From positions 531,522 to 595,521 of the forward strand of contig NC_022549.1 of NCBI RefSeq assembly GCF_000967915.1: a stretch of DNA of 64,000 bases. The letters are read 5' to 3'. This document shows, piece by piece, positions 19,758 through 30,214 of the stretch. The stretch comes from Acholeplasma brassicae (GTDB lineage: Bacteria; Bacillota_I; Bacilli_A; Acholeplasmatales; UBA5453). Position numbers and translations under genes: made by a program. Positions within the stretch are counted from its first letter, which is position 1; each line of letters begins with the position of its first letter. A model generated the notes under the pieces. The model worked only from the letters and a program-made list of their open reading frames with translations. It made no database searches and was not told where the DNA came from.

Positions 19758-20126
19758 ATGACTAAAAAATTTAATTCAATTGAAAGATGTGACTGCAATG
19801 TAATTCATGAGGATATTGTAAATCAAGTTAGAGATAAAATGCCTCAAGAAGAAAGCCTTTATGATCTAGCAGAATTATTTAAAGTATTTGGAGATTCAAC
19901 ACGAATCAGGATATTATGGGCTTTACATGAAGCTGAAATGTGTGTTTGTGATATCGCTGTATTACTTAACATGACACAATCAGCAATTTCCCATCAGCTG
20001 AGAGTCTTAAAACAAGCTAATTTAGTGAAAAACAGAAAAGAAGGCAAAGTAGTATATTATTCATTAGTTGATGATCATGTAAGAGAAATATTTGGCCAAG
20101 GTCTAATTCATATCAACGAGAAGTAG
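19758..20126 (+). CDS. cadC: ArsR/SmtB-family Cd/Zn-responsive repressor
   Basis: wHTH with the metal-sensing motif AEMCVCDI and the DNA-recognition helix SHQLRVL. Confidence 0.8.
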   Translation: MTKKFNSIERCDCNVIHEDIVNQVRDKMPQEESLYDLAELFKVFGDSTRIRILWALHEAEMCVCDIAVLLNMTQSAISHQLRVLKQANLVKNRKEGKVVYYSLVDDHVREIFGQGLIHINEK

Positions 20127-20271
20127 TAATGCGGTAGAATAGAATATTTTTTGAAGATATTTGGGCATATATTTAAGTCTTCATTTCAAATGAGCAATGC
20201 TTCAAGAAAATTTGAAAAAGACTTGTAGTATTCAAAATAAAATTACAAATAATATTTAGGAGGATTTAATA

Positions 20272-20493
20272 ATGAAAAAGAAATTTATACTTGAAGGTTT
20301 AGATTGTGCAAATTGCGCGGCAAAAATGGAAAAGGCTATTAATGAGCTTGATGGAGTAAAAGAAGCTACTGTTAACTTTATGACCACAAAACTCGTTATT
20401 GATGGTGAGGATGAAAAAATGCCAACAATAATAGCAGAGGCCGAAAAAATAGTTAAAAAAATCGAACCCGATACAACTATGAAAAAGGCTTAA
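20272..20493 (+). CDS. Stand-alone HMA metal-binding domain protein
   Basis: GLDCANCAAKMEKAI motif. Has its own stop, and the next gene has its own RBS. Confidence 0.7.
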   Translation: MKKKFILEGLDCANCAAKMEKAINELDGVKEATVNFMTTKLVIDGEDEKMPTIIAEAEKIVKKIEPDTTMKKA

Positions 20494-20508
20494 AGGAGGC
20501 TATTTAGT

Positions 20509-22353
20509 ATGACAAAACGACTATGGCGAATAATTATTGGTGCAGCCGTGTTAGCTACAGCAGTATTGCTTAATTTAAATAACGAATGGTTACAGATTGC
20601 TCTCTTTATAATAAGTTACATTATTGTAGGTGGAGATGTTGTAAAAAGAGCTGTAAAAAATATTTTTAAAGGTCAAGTTTTCGATGAAAACTTTTTAATG
20701 AGTATTGCAACAATTGGTGCATTTTTTATTGGTGAGTATCCTGAAGGTGTTGCAGTTATGCTGTTTTATCAAGTTGGAGAACTGTTTCAAAGCTATGCAG
20801 TTGGCAAGTCGAGAAAGTCAATTGCAAGCCTTATGGATATTCGACCAGATTATGCAAATGTTAAAAAAGGTGATGAACTTGTCAAAGTTGACCCAGATGA
20901 AGTACAAATTGGAGATATTATTGTAATTAAAGCAGGAGAAAAAATTCCTCTTGATGGCAAGGTAATTGAGGGAAGTTCAATGATTGATACATCGGCACTA
21001 ACAGGCGAATCTGTTCCTCGTGAAGTAGAAGTTGGAAGTGATATCCTAAGTGGGTGCATCAACATTAATGGGGTTATTACAGCAGAGGTTACCAAGGAAT
21101 TTGGAGAATCTACTGTAAGTAAAATTCTTGATTTAGTTGAAAATGCAAGTAGTAAAAAATCCAATTCAGAACAATTTATTACGAAGTTTGCGAGATATTA
21201 TACACCGGTTGTGGTTATAATTGCAGTTTTTCTAGCTATTATACCGCCTCTTGTTATAGACGGGGCGACTTTTAGTGATTGGATATATAGAGCACTAGCA
21301 TTCCTTGTGGTATCCTGTCCGTGTGCTTTAGTTATTTCAATTCCTTTGAGTTTCTTCGGTGGAATAGGTGGAGCCTCAAAAAAAGGTATTTTAGTCAAGG
21401 GGAGTAACTATTTAGAGGCATTAGCAGAAACTGAAATTGTTGTTTTTGATAAAACTGGAACACTAACGAAAGGTGTATTTAATGTACAGGAAATTCATCC
21501 AGAAGGAGTTTCCAAAGAAGAGCTACTAGAATTAACTGCATATGTTGAAAGCTATTCCAATCATCCGATTTCACTTTCACTGAAACGTGCATATGGTAAA
21601 GAAATAGACAATGGACGTATTTCAGATGTAGAAGAGATATCAGGTCATGGTGTTATTGCAACAGTAGATGGCAAAAAGGTTATGGCAGGAAATATCAAAC
21701 TTATGAAAATGATGGATATCCCTTATTTCAAGGGAGAGCTGATCGGTACTGTTGTACATGTTGCTGTTAATAACAAATATATAGGTTACATTGTAATTGC
21801 CGATGAGGTAAAGGAAGATTCAGCACAAGCAATCAAGGAACTTAAGGCAGCTAGTATTAAACAAACAGTTATGTTGACAGGTGATAATAAAAGTGTTGGT
21901 TCAAAAGTTGCTAAAGAGCTTGGTCTTGATAAGGTTTATGCAGAACTGTTGCCAGCAGACAAAGTTGATAAACTAGAAGAATTATTTTCGCAAAAATCTA
22001 AAAAAGGTAAACTTGCTTTTGTTGGTGACGGAATCAATGATGCACCTGTATTAGCTCGTGCAGACATTGGAATAGCAATGGGTGGTTTAGGTTCTGATGC
22101 GGCCATTGAAGCTGCTGATATTGTAATTATGACTGATGAGCCATCGAAAATAGCTACTGCAATGAAGATTTCTAAAAAGACACTAAAAATTGCACATCAA
22201 AACATAGTATTTGCAATTGGAATAAAAATAATTGTTCTTATTTTGAGTGCTTTTGGAATAACTACTATGTGGGCAGCAATATTTGCAGATGTAGGTGTAA
22301 CTATCATTGCAGTATTAAATGCTTTTAGAGCTTTGAATGTAAAGAATCTATAA
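20509..22353 (+). CDS. cadA: Cd/Zn-type P1B-2 ATPase lacking a fused HMA domain
   Basis: CPC (VSCPCALVISIP), DKTGTLT, GDGINDAP. Sits with cadC upstream. Confidence 0.85.
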   Translation: MTKRLWRIIIGAAVLATAVLLNLNNEWLQIALFIISYIIVGGDVVKRAVKNIFKGQVFDENFLMSIATIGAFFIGEYPEGVAVMLFYQVGELFQSYAVGKSRKSIASLMDIRPDYANVKKGDELVKVDPDEVQIGDIIVIKAGEKIPLDGKVIEGSSMIDTSALTGESVPREVEVGSDILSGCININGVITAEVTKEFGESTVSKILDLVENASSKKSNSEQFITKFARYYTPVVVIIAVFLAIIPPLVIDGATFSDWIYRALAFLVVSCPCALVISIPLSFFGGIGGASKKGILVKGSNYLEALAETEIVVFDKTGTLTKGVFNVQEIHPEGVSKEELLELTAYVESYSNHPISLSLKRAYGKEIDNGRISDVEEISGHGVIATVDGKKVMAGNIKLMKMMDIPYFKGELIGTVVHVAVNNKYIGYIVIADEVKEDSAQAIKELKAASIKQTVMLTGDNKSVGSKVAKELGLDKVYAELLPADKVDKLEELFSQKSKKGKLAFVGDGINDAPVLARADIGIAMGGLGSDAAIEAADIVIMTDEPSKIATAMKISKKTLKIAHQNIVFAIGIKIIVLILSAFGITTMWAAIFADVGVTIIAVLNAFRALNVKNL

Positions 22354-22496
22354 ACTATTTTTCCTATTCACCCCTTGAATGATACCGATAATTGACGATA
22401 CAATCAAGGGGTATTTTTTAATTTAAAAACTATAAATGAAAATTGGTTGGGATTTACCTTGAATTAAATGGTTTTAAAGATATGGAGGTTATGTAA

Positions 22497-22976
<480 letters not shown>

Positions 22977-23009
22977 TTTGAGTTGATATCTTCCCACAAA
23001 CGAGAGCCA

Positions 23010-23245
23010 ATGTTGGATATGTTTCCAACTACGAGTGTGGATATGTCCACCTTAACCATAGGGGTTGAGAACTCAGTTTTGATAGCTATCAAGGCAACTC
23101 GAAACACGTTGAGAGTGTGACATTACTTACATTAAAAACGGCTTAACAAAGCCATTCATATAATAGAACAAGAAGCATCAAATTCTTTAAATAGGATTAA
23201 ATGCTTCTTTTTTTGTTTTATGCGTAATGTGGAAACATCAAAAGA
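23010..23245. repeat. Junction repeat copy 3 (degenerate rlmD 3' end plus terminator)
   Basis: Contains gatatgtttccaactacgag…cacgttgagagtgtgacattacttacattaaaaacggcttaacaaagccattcata…agaagcatcaaattc…gattaaatgcttc and gtaatgtggaaacatc. Confidence 0.8.
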
Positions 23246-23351
23246 TGCATTAAACATATATTTTGCTTTAGCAAGGAAACACTCATCCGCCAATAATATA
23301 TTGATTTTCTCCAGATAATAGCATATAATAAAATTAAGTGGAGGAAATAAT

Positions 23352-23942
23352 ATGATTGTTACAACATTAAACTTAAAAGAAAAGTATAAGAGTTATACGG
23401 ATATTAATGGCAAAATCAAAAGAGATATTGATAATGGTTTCTTATTTCCTCTTGTACGAGGCATTTATGAAACAGAAAGCTCTGTTGATGGTTTTTTACT
23501 TGCTTCATATATTTATGGACCATCCTATTTATCTTTCGAATATGCACTTTCATATCATAATCTCATTCCTGAAAGAGTTGTTGTTTATACGAGTGCTACA
23601 TTCAACAAACGAAAAAGTAAGGTTTATCAAAATCATTTCGGACTTTATACCTATAGAGATGTTCCAAATGCTGCATTTCCTTATTCAGTAAAAGCTTATG
23701 AAGAAGACGGGTATGCTTGCTTTATAGCTAGCCCAGAAAAAGCACTATGTGATTTACTATATAACAGAAAACCAGTAACAAGTATCAAAGAATTAAAGAG
23801 ACTGCTTTTTGAGGATTTACGGGTAAATAAAGATATGTTTGAACAACTTAACTTTGATGAAATACTATTTTTATCTGATAAATACATATCGAACAATATG
23901 AAGTACTTAAGAAAATACATTGAAAGTGAGTATATGAAATGA
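23352..23942 (+). CDS. abiEi: AbiEi-like type IV toxin–antitoxin antitoxin (wHTH)
   Basis: Conserved LVRGIYE motif. Sits immediately upstream of, and overlapping, an AbiEii-type nucleotidyltransferase gene. Confidence 0.55.
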   Translation: MIVTTLNLKEKYKSYTDINGKIKRDIDNGFLFPLVRGIYETESSVDGFLLASYIYGPSYLSFEYALSYHNLIPERVVVYTSATFNKRKSKVYQNHFGLYTYRDVPNAAFPYSVKAYEEDGYACFIASPEKALCDLLYNRKPVTSIKELKRLLFEDLRVNKDMFEQLNFDEILFLSDKYISNNMKYLRKYIESEYMK

Positions 23943-24820
23943 CAATTATAGAGCAAATGATTAATAAGTATAATCCCATAACATTAGAAGATAAGAAGCA
24001 TGCAATAAAAGAAGTTTTACAAGAAGTGGTGTTGGCTGGTCTTTCTAAAACTGACTTTTTTAATCACGCTGCTTTTTATGGTGGAACAGCTTTAAGGATT
24101 TTTTACGGAATGGATAGATTTAGTGAGGATTTGGACTTTAGCTTACTTGTATCAGATGATACTTTCGATATAGATAAATATTTTAAACCAATAAGTGACG
24201 CTGTAAACTCACTTGGACTCAATTTTGAAGTTTCCAAAAAGGATAAGACGCTAAACTCAAATATTGATTCAGCTTTCATCAAAGGTAATACAAAAGAAAC
24301 CTTGATTACGATTTATTCAAGTTCATCAGATTCTAGACTTATTATTCATAACGAAAAGATTATCATCAAGTTTGAAGTTGATGTAAATCCCCCACTATAC
24401 GCACAGACAGAAATTAAGTTTCGATTATTACCATTCCCATACCAAGTTCGAGTTTATGATGCCTCATCGTTATTTGCTGGCAAAATTCATGCTGTGATTG
24501 CTAGAAGTTGGAAGAACCACATAAAGGGCAGAGATTTGTATGATTATGTCTATTATTTAAGTTTAGATACAAAAGTGAATTTAAAACATTTAGAAGCTAG
24601 ATTGAAACAAACTAAAACAATTGACGAAAACATCAAATTGTCAAAGGATTTTTTAATTAATATATTGGAAAAACGATTCGATGAGATTGATTATGATATT
24701 GCGAAATCAGACGTTAGACCATTTATTAAGGATCAGGCTACCTTAGACCTTTGGAGCAATAATTTTTTTAAATCCATTACGGAACAAATTAAAGTCGATT
24801 TGGAGGAAACTAATGATTAA
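23939..24820 (+). CDS. abiEii: AbiEii/AbiGii-family nucleotidyltransferase toxin (DUF1814)
   Basis: YGGTALRIFYGMDRFSEDLDFS nucleotidyltransferase motif. 4-nt overlap with the upstream gene. Confidence 0.7.
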   Translation: MTIIEQMINKYNPITLEDKKHAIKEVLQEVVLAGLSKTDFFNHAAFYGGTALRIFYGMDRFSEDLDFSLLVSDDTFDIDKYFKPISDAVNSLGLNFEVSKKDKTLNSNIDSAFIKGNTKETLITIYSSSSDSRLIIHNEKIIIKFEVDVNPPLYAQTEIKFRLLPFPYQVRVYDASSLFAGKIHAVIARSWKNHIKGRDLYDYVYYLSLDTKVNLKHLEARLKQTKTIDENIKLSKDFLINILEKRFDEIDYDIAKSDVRPFIKDQATLDLWSNNFFKSITEQIKVDLEETND

Positions 24821-25883
24821 ACCTAAGAAACTGAAAAAAGGTGATAAAGTAGCTATTGTTAGCCTGTCTTCAGGCATTTTAGGTGAACCTGAAGTAAAAC
24901 ATCAATTAGAACTAGGTATAAGAAGATTAAAAGAACTTGGTCTTGAACCTGTTTTTATGCCCAATACGCTAAAAGGTTTAAACTTTATAAAAAACAATCC
25001 CAATTATAGAGCAGACGATTTAATGCTTGCATTTAAAGATCCAACTATAAATGGTATTATTTGTGCAATAGGTGGTGATGATACTTATAAAACGATACCA
25101 TATCTCATGAATGAGGAGTTTAAAAAAACAGTACATTCAAATCCGAAAGTTTTTGTGGGGTTTTCAGATTCAACCAATAATCATTTAATGCTAAATAAAT
25201 TGGGATTAGTTACTTATTACGGGTTAAATTTTTTATCAGATCTTTGTGAACTACAAAAGGAAATGATTCCATATACACGAAAAAGCTACGAGAGACTGTT
25301 TATAAACGATGAATCATTTGAAATAGAATCTAGTCCGAAATGGTACTTGAATAGATCAAACTATGATGTTGATCAAATGTTTGTGCCACTTAACGAAATA
25401 GATGAAGACAAAGGGCATGAGTTTTTAAATGGATCGGGTGTCATTGATGGTGTTTTTTGGGGTGGTTGTCTAGAAAGTATCTATGATTTGTATACAAGTG
25501 AGAGGTATCTAGATCAAAGGCATATTTATAATCGTTATGGGTTAATTCCTAACAATGATTATTTTTCCGACAAAATCATATTCCTTGAAACAAGTGAAGA
25601 AAAACCAACGCCAGAAAAGTTTCATAGAATGCTATACTTTTTAATCGAAGAAGGTGTCATAAGTCGTGCCAAGTGTTTATTAGTTGGTAAACCATACGAT
25701 GAGGTCTATTATCACGAATATAAAGAAGTATTATTGAAGATATCAAATGATATGGGTTTACCCATAGTATATAACTTAAACTTTGGACATGCACTTCCAA
25801 GAACCATTATTCCTTACGGGATTAAAGGGAAAGTTGATTTTTATAACAAGTCAATTTCAGTAGTAGAAAAAATATTTGAATAG
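24813..25883 (+). CDS. S66-family serine peptidase (LD-carboxypeptidase / MccF-like)
   Basis: N-terminal LKKGDKVAIVSLSSG and a nucleophile motif VGFSDSTN. Overlaps the abiEii stop by 8 nt. Confidence 0.65.
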   Translation: MIKPKKLKKGDKVAIVSLSSGILGEPEVKHQLELGIRRLKELGLEPVFMPNTLKGLNFIKNNPNYRADDLMLAFKDPTINGIICAIGGDDTYKTIPYLMNEEFKKTVHSNPKVFVGFSDSTNNHLMLNKLGLVTYYGLNFLSDLCELQKEMIPYTRKSYERLFINDESFEIESSPKWYLNRSNYDVDQMFVPLNEIDEDKGHEFLNGSGVIDGVFWGGCLESIYDLYTSERYLDQRHIYNRYGLIPNNDYFSDKIIFLETSEEKPTPEKFHRMLYFLIEEGVISRAKCLLVGKPYDEVYYHEYKEVLLKISNDMGLPIVYNLNFGHALPRTIIPYGIKGKVDFYNKSISVVEKIFE

Positions 25884-25934
25884 TGATTGATATCTACTAT
25901 ATTTTATAACATAAGTAAATGTTTGTTGTGTTGA

Positions 25935-26190
25935 CCAAGTATACGATATAATTTATGTTGCTTTGGTATTATGATCAAGTTTCAACCTAATAAAGTTAAA
26001 CATATTTTGGCTCATTTTGATGTTTCTTCAATACATACAAGGTTGATTTTGCAAGCAATCTAGTCGTATCAACGCACGTAGAGAGTGTGACATTGCTTAC
26101 ATTAAAAACGGATTAACAAAGCCATTCGTACAATAGAACAAGAAGCATCTAACCCCCTAAATAGTAATTAAATGCTCCTTTTTTTAGATG
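25935..26190. repeat. Junction repeat copy 4: about 125-bp inner arm plus degenerate rlmD 3' end plus terminator
   Basis: Contains cacgtagagagtgtgacattgcttacattaaaaacggattaacaaagccattcgta…agaagcatctaaccccc…taattaaatgctcc. The inner arm is repeated at 27535–27665. Confidence 0.8.
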
Positions 26191-26359
26191 TTCAATCGTT
26201 TATAGAATGTAAAAAAAATCTAAAAACGAATAACTCGTATAGTTATAACGTGACTAAATAATGTCGAAAACTATCCTCGAAGACTTGACGTGACTATTTT
26301 TGTGTGATAATATGATGATGAGGATAAAAAAAACAAATTATTAGTCACGAGGTGATAAT

Positions 26360-27409
26360 GTGAATAAACTGCCCTTTAATATAGATTTAAATGAAATAGA
26401 AATATTAAAAGAACTCAACACTGCGAATCATCATATAGGCGAGTTAAAAGGTGTACTTAGAATACTTCCAAACTCTGGAATTGTTTTGAGTTTAATTAAT
26501 CTTAGTGAGTCAAAAGACTCATCAGCTATCGAAAATATCATTACGACCTATGATGAAATATTCAAAGAGATTGTATCAAAGACACCTATTGGAGGAAAAC
26601 CTAAAGAAGTCATAAATTACAAGCATGCAATCGATCATGGATTATTGATCATGAGACAAAAAGGATATATCAGTACAAATATACTTGTAGACATTCAAAA
26701 TGTCATCGAGCCGAATAAAGGTGGCATTAGAAAACTTCCTGGAACAGTAATCATTAACGATAAAACCAATGAAGTTGTACACACACCGCCACAAAATGAA
26801 ACAGAGATTCGTGAACTCATGCATAATCTTGAGTTATTCATCAATCAAAATAATGATTACGACCCATTGATTCAAATGGCTTTAATCCACTTCCAATTTG
26901 AGAGTATTCATCCATTTTATGATGGAAATGGTAGAACAGGCAGAATATTAAATATACTGTATTTAGTGTTAAAAGAAAAGTTGTCTGAACCGATACTCTA
27001 TTTAAGCAAGTACATTATTGAAAACAAGTCACAATATTACGATCTTTTGAAAAAATGCAATGATGACATATTAAATATAAAAGATTTTGTTGTATACATT
27101 TTAAAAGGTATTTCTGAAACTTCTAAACATACAATCAATCTCATATTAAGAATCAATCAATCGATAGAGTTAACAAATGAAATGCTGAAAAAACGATTGC
27201 CAGATATTTATCGTTATGAGATAGTCGAGCATTTGTTTTCTTACATGTATACAAAAAATGAGTTTTTTAGAGAAAACTTGAATATATCTAGAGCAACTGC
27301 AACTAAGTACTTAAAGCTGCTTGAAAAAGAAGGCTTCATTGTTTCTGAGCAATTAGGCAAAGAAGTAATCTATAAAAATGTCCAATTGCTAAATCTTGTT
27401 AAGGAATAA
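26360..27409 (+). CDS. fic: Fic-family AMPylase/adenylyltransferase
   Basis: Canonical motif HPFYDGNGRTGR. N-terminal SSAIEN matches the (S/T)xxxE(G/N) auto-inhibitory motif. Confidence 0.8.
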   Translation: MNKLPFNIDLNEIEILKELNTANHHIGELKGVLRILPNSGIVLSLINLSESKDSSAIENIITTYDEIFKEIVSKTPIGGKPKEVINYKHAIDHGLLIMRQKGYISTNILVDIQNVIEPNKGGIRKLPGTVIINDKTNEVVHTPPQNETEIRELMHNLELFINQNNDYDPLIQMALIHFQFESIHPFYDGNGRTGRILNILYLVLKEKLSEPILYLSKYIIENKSQYYDLLKKCNDDILNIKDFVVYILKGISETSKHTINLILRINQSIELTNEMLKKRLPDIYRYEIVEHLFSYMYTKNEFFRENLNISRATATKYLKLLEKEGFIVSEQLGKEVIYKNVQLLNLVKE

Positions 27410-27534
27410 AATCATCAATGAGCAAAAGGTGAATTGGTTATGGTGTATTAGGTAGGGCTTAGGAACATATGTTTAGAAATGATTTACATGATAAACGATC
27501 AATTGACGAAAAACATGAGAAGTATCACTAATTG

Positions 27535-27665
27535 ATACTGAATTAGGTTGCTTTGGTTTTTTGATGGTTTTCAAGCCTGTAAAGGCAAATATATATCGGT
27601 CGATTTTGATGTTACTGTGATACACAAAAGGTTCAATTCACAAGCAGTTCGGTCGTATCAGCGGT
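27535..27665. repeat. Partial junction repeat (inner arm only), homologous to 25935–26070
   Basis: ggttgctttggttttttgatggttttcaagcctgtaaagg…caagcagttcggtcgtatcagcgg matches gttgctttggtattatgatcaagtttcaacctaataaag…caagcaatctagtcgtatcaacgcacg. Confidence 0.6.
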
Positions 27666-27669
27666 TTTT

Positions 27670-28134
27670 ATGTCATTTCATCGTTCGTTAAGAGATTTGA
27701 AGAATAGAACAAGTTGCATCAAGAAAGAAGGTCTAGTTATGGGATTATTTGTTAAAAAAGCACCAAAAAACACTTTTTTAGGTAAAAGTAAAGCAAAGAA
27801 ATATTTGAAGACCGTTAATAAAGACGAAAGTCCTCAAATAGATTTATTAAGTATGTACGTGAATGGCGAATTAGAAATAATACTTCAAGGACACGATTTT
27901 GACTTAATCGAAGTGTTTGTCGATAAGCTTAAAAATGGTACGCTAGATTTACAAATTAATTTGCGCTTTGGTAATAAGAATATAGGGTTAGATTTTTTTC
28001 ATGATCATTATGAATATTGTTATTACCTGGCTGGGTGCACACCTGATGAAGTCGAGAACTCAATCATTAGACATGAGTATAAGGCGTTTGATTTCAATGG
28101 GTTATTAAAAGAAATGGCATCTAGATTGCACTAA
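27670..28134 (+). CDS. Hypothetical protein (start possibly at 27739, MGLFVKK)
   Basis: ORF only. No recognisable motif. Low GC. Confidence 0.35.
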   Translation: MSFHRSLRDLKNRTSCIKKEGLVMGLFVKKAPKNTFLGKSKAKKYLKTVNKDESPQIDLLSMYVNGELEIILQGHDFDLIEVFVDKLKNGTLDLQINLRFGNKNIGLDFFHDHYEYCYYLAGCTPDEVENSIIRHEYKAFDFNGLLKEMASRLH

Positions 28135-28181
28135 AAAAGCCTTAAAGCGTTACATAAAACTTAAGACTGAGGTTCTAGCAA

Positions 28182-28598
28182 ATGAAGAATTTTATGTATA
28201 CATATCCTGATTCAAGAAAACAGTTTATTGAAAATTGCAAAATAGTAGATAAAGATCCTCAAACGGATTATCGAATCCGTTTTGTTTGTGATGATGAGAT
28301 TTTATTTGGTGTTCAAAGAGCAGGTCATTCTAGTGGATACTGGTTCAAATCAAACATAATTGAAAAAGAAGATGGACTTCATATACTTGGAGAATTAATC
28401 CTTATGGACTATAACAATAAGAAAATAGAGTTATCGAAAAAAGATAAACTAATTGAGACACTTTTTATGGCGATCTTTATCCTGCTAACTTGGTGGCTTA
28501 TTTTCATTTTTTGGCTTACTAAATCAATACGCTGGTTATCTAACAAAATTGTTGGAAAGAAATATGAGCCCAATCGAACCAAAGAAGAATTAGATTGA
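28182..28598 (+). CDS. Hypothetical protein with a C-terminal TM helix
   Basis: ORF with RBS. Hydrophobic segment LFMAIFILLTWWLIFIFWL. Confidence 0.35.
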   Translation: MKNFMYTYPDSRKQFIENCKIVDKDPQTDYRIRFVCDDEILFGVQRAGHSSGYWFKSNIIEKEDGLHILGELILMDYNNKKIELSKKDKLIETLFMAIFILLTWWLIFIFWLTKSIRWLSNKIVGKKYEPNRTKEELD

Positions 28599-28754
28599 TT
28601 AATGATCAATCGGTTAGGTTGTAAGAAAGTGTCATGATAGAAATCAAAATAAGTGATTTGATGTCTCTATTTTAAACGACATAGATTGATTATTGAGTAA
28701 TGGGAATCTAAATAAAAAGTCATTTAGAAATGGGATAACAATTGAGGGAGTCAT

Positions 28755-29480
28755 ATGAAGAAGATGTTTGTGTTTGATTACGATGGGACGTATTATCGGA
28801 ATTTTTTGGAGTTAAAAGAAAATATGAATTTAATGAATTCCGTTCGTTCACAAGGTCATTTACTTGTGATTGCTACAGGCAGAAGTTATGAGAGTTTTAT
28901 GAAAGAAGCAAACCGATTTTCATTAAATTATGACTACTTGATACTAGCAAGCGGAGCACTGGTTTTAGATCAAGAAAAAGTGATTCGTTCTTATCCAATG
29001 GCAATGGATTTAGTGATTGGTGTGGATCAGTTGTTAGAACCATTAAAGAAACGATGTCATTCACACCTTTTTATTGATGAATTTAAGAATAGTTCAGTCC
29101 TTAGTGAGTTAGATCAAGTCATCAAGATGAGCTATACGCTCTTTAAAGAAGAAGGTAGTTTTGAGGTAAGAGCGTTAATTAATGACTACACAAAAGAGAA
29201 GCTTAAAACCTACGTGGTCAGTGGAGAAACACAAGACTACATAGAAATCATTTCAAGCGATACGAATAAAGCCGTTGCCATTAAAGTTTTATTAGATTAT
29301 CTCGAGGAAGATTATCGTGTCATTACCGCTGGTGACAGTGAAAATGACCTAGAGATGTTAGAAGCTTTTGATGGCTATCTGATGAGTAATCACGATAAGA
29401 GACTACAAACCAAAGGCTTAAAAGTGATTGATTCGATTGAGGCAATTATCAATTTAGAGTTAAAGAATCAATCGAAGTAA
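28755..29480 (+). CDS. HAD-superfamily (Cof-type) hydrolase
   Basis: Motif I FVFDYDGT and motif IV GDSENDLEML. Confidence 0.7.
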   Translation: MKKMFVFDYDGTYYRNFLELKENMNLMNSVRSQGHLLVIATGRSYESFMKEANRFSLNYDYLILASGALVLDQEKVIRSYPMAMDLVIGVDQLLEPLKKRCHSHLFIDEFKNSSVLSELDQVIKMSYTLFKEEGSFEVRALINDYTKEKLKTYVVSGETQDYIEIISSDTNKAVAIKVLLDYLEEDYRVITAGDSENDLEMLEAFDGYLMSNHDKRLQTKGLKVIDSIEAIINLELKNQSK

Positions 29481-29497
29481 TCTAAACATGATTTAAG

Positions 29498-30193
29498 TTG
29501 AAAAAGAGTAAAGGGGTGATTCGATTGTCAACGAACAAAGATTATATCGAATTTGTAGTAGAGCAACTCAGTGGGTATACTAACGTTAGGTACAAAAATA
29601 TGTTTGGTGAGTACATGGTTTATGTGGATGATAAACCAATGTTTTTGGTTTGTGATAACACCGTCTATGTGAAGAAACTAGATGAAATTAAGTCGTTTTT
29701 TCAGCCAAATGAGGTAGGGTTCCCCTACGTTGGTGCCAAAGAACACTACATACTAGACATTGAGAACAAGGCATTAACTTTAGAGGTTTCTAGACAGCTA
29801 GCATGCCTTATTGATGTAGCTAAGCCTAAAAGGAAAAAGGTGATGAGTAGTCAAACAGGTGAAGTTCTAGCTTATATTGAAAATCTAGATGAAGAAAATC
29901 AAGTAATTATGAACCACCTAAGAGAAAGACTAAAACAAGTCTTTCCTAACGCGGTAGAACGCCTTCACTACGGGGTACCAAGTCTCTTTGATGAAAAACC
30001 ATTTTTTTATTACGCAGCATTTAAAAAACACATTAGTATTTTCCCGCCATTACCTCAAGAGCATCCACTGAGTGATAAAATCGCACCTTATAAAAACGAT
30101 AAAGGCAACTTATTGTTTCTAAAGAAAAACACAATACCTTATGATTTAATCGTTGAAGTCGCGCTTGCGCTAAGGGAGTGCTACACTAATTAA
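29498..30193 (+). CDS. TfoX N-terminal-domain protein fused to a DUF1801/YdhG-like domain
   Basis: N-terminal NMFGEYMVYVDDKPMFLVCDN, as in the TfoX_N domain. The C-terminus resembles YdhG-like domains. Confidence 0.45.
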   Translation: MKKSKGVIRLSTNKDYIEFVVEQLSGYTNVRYKNMFGEYMVYVDDKPMFLVCDNTVYVKKLDEIKSFFQPNEVGFPYVGAKEHYILDIENKALTLEVSRQLACLIDVAKPKRKKVMSSQTGEVLAYIENLDEENQVIMNHLRERLKQVFPNAVERLHYGVPSLFDEKPFFYYAAFKKHISIFPPLPQEHPLSDKIAPYKNDKGNLLFLKKNTIPYDLIVEVALALRECYTN

Positions 30194-30214
30194 TTCAAAT
30201 TCGAAGCAATTTGA

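Noticed and set aside
21198-21398. Minus-strand 66-aa ORF in cadA
   Set aside because: Antisense shadow of the TM region of cadA.
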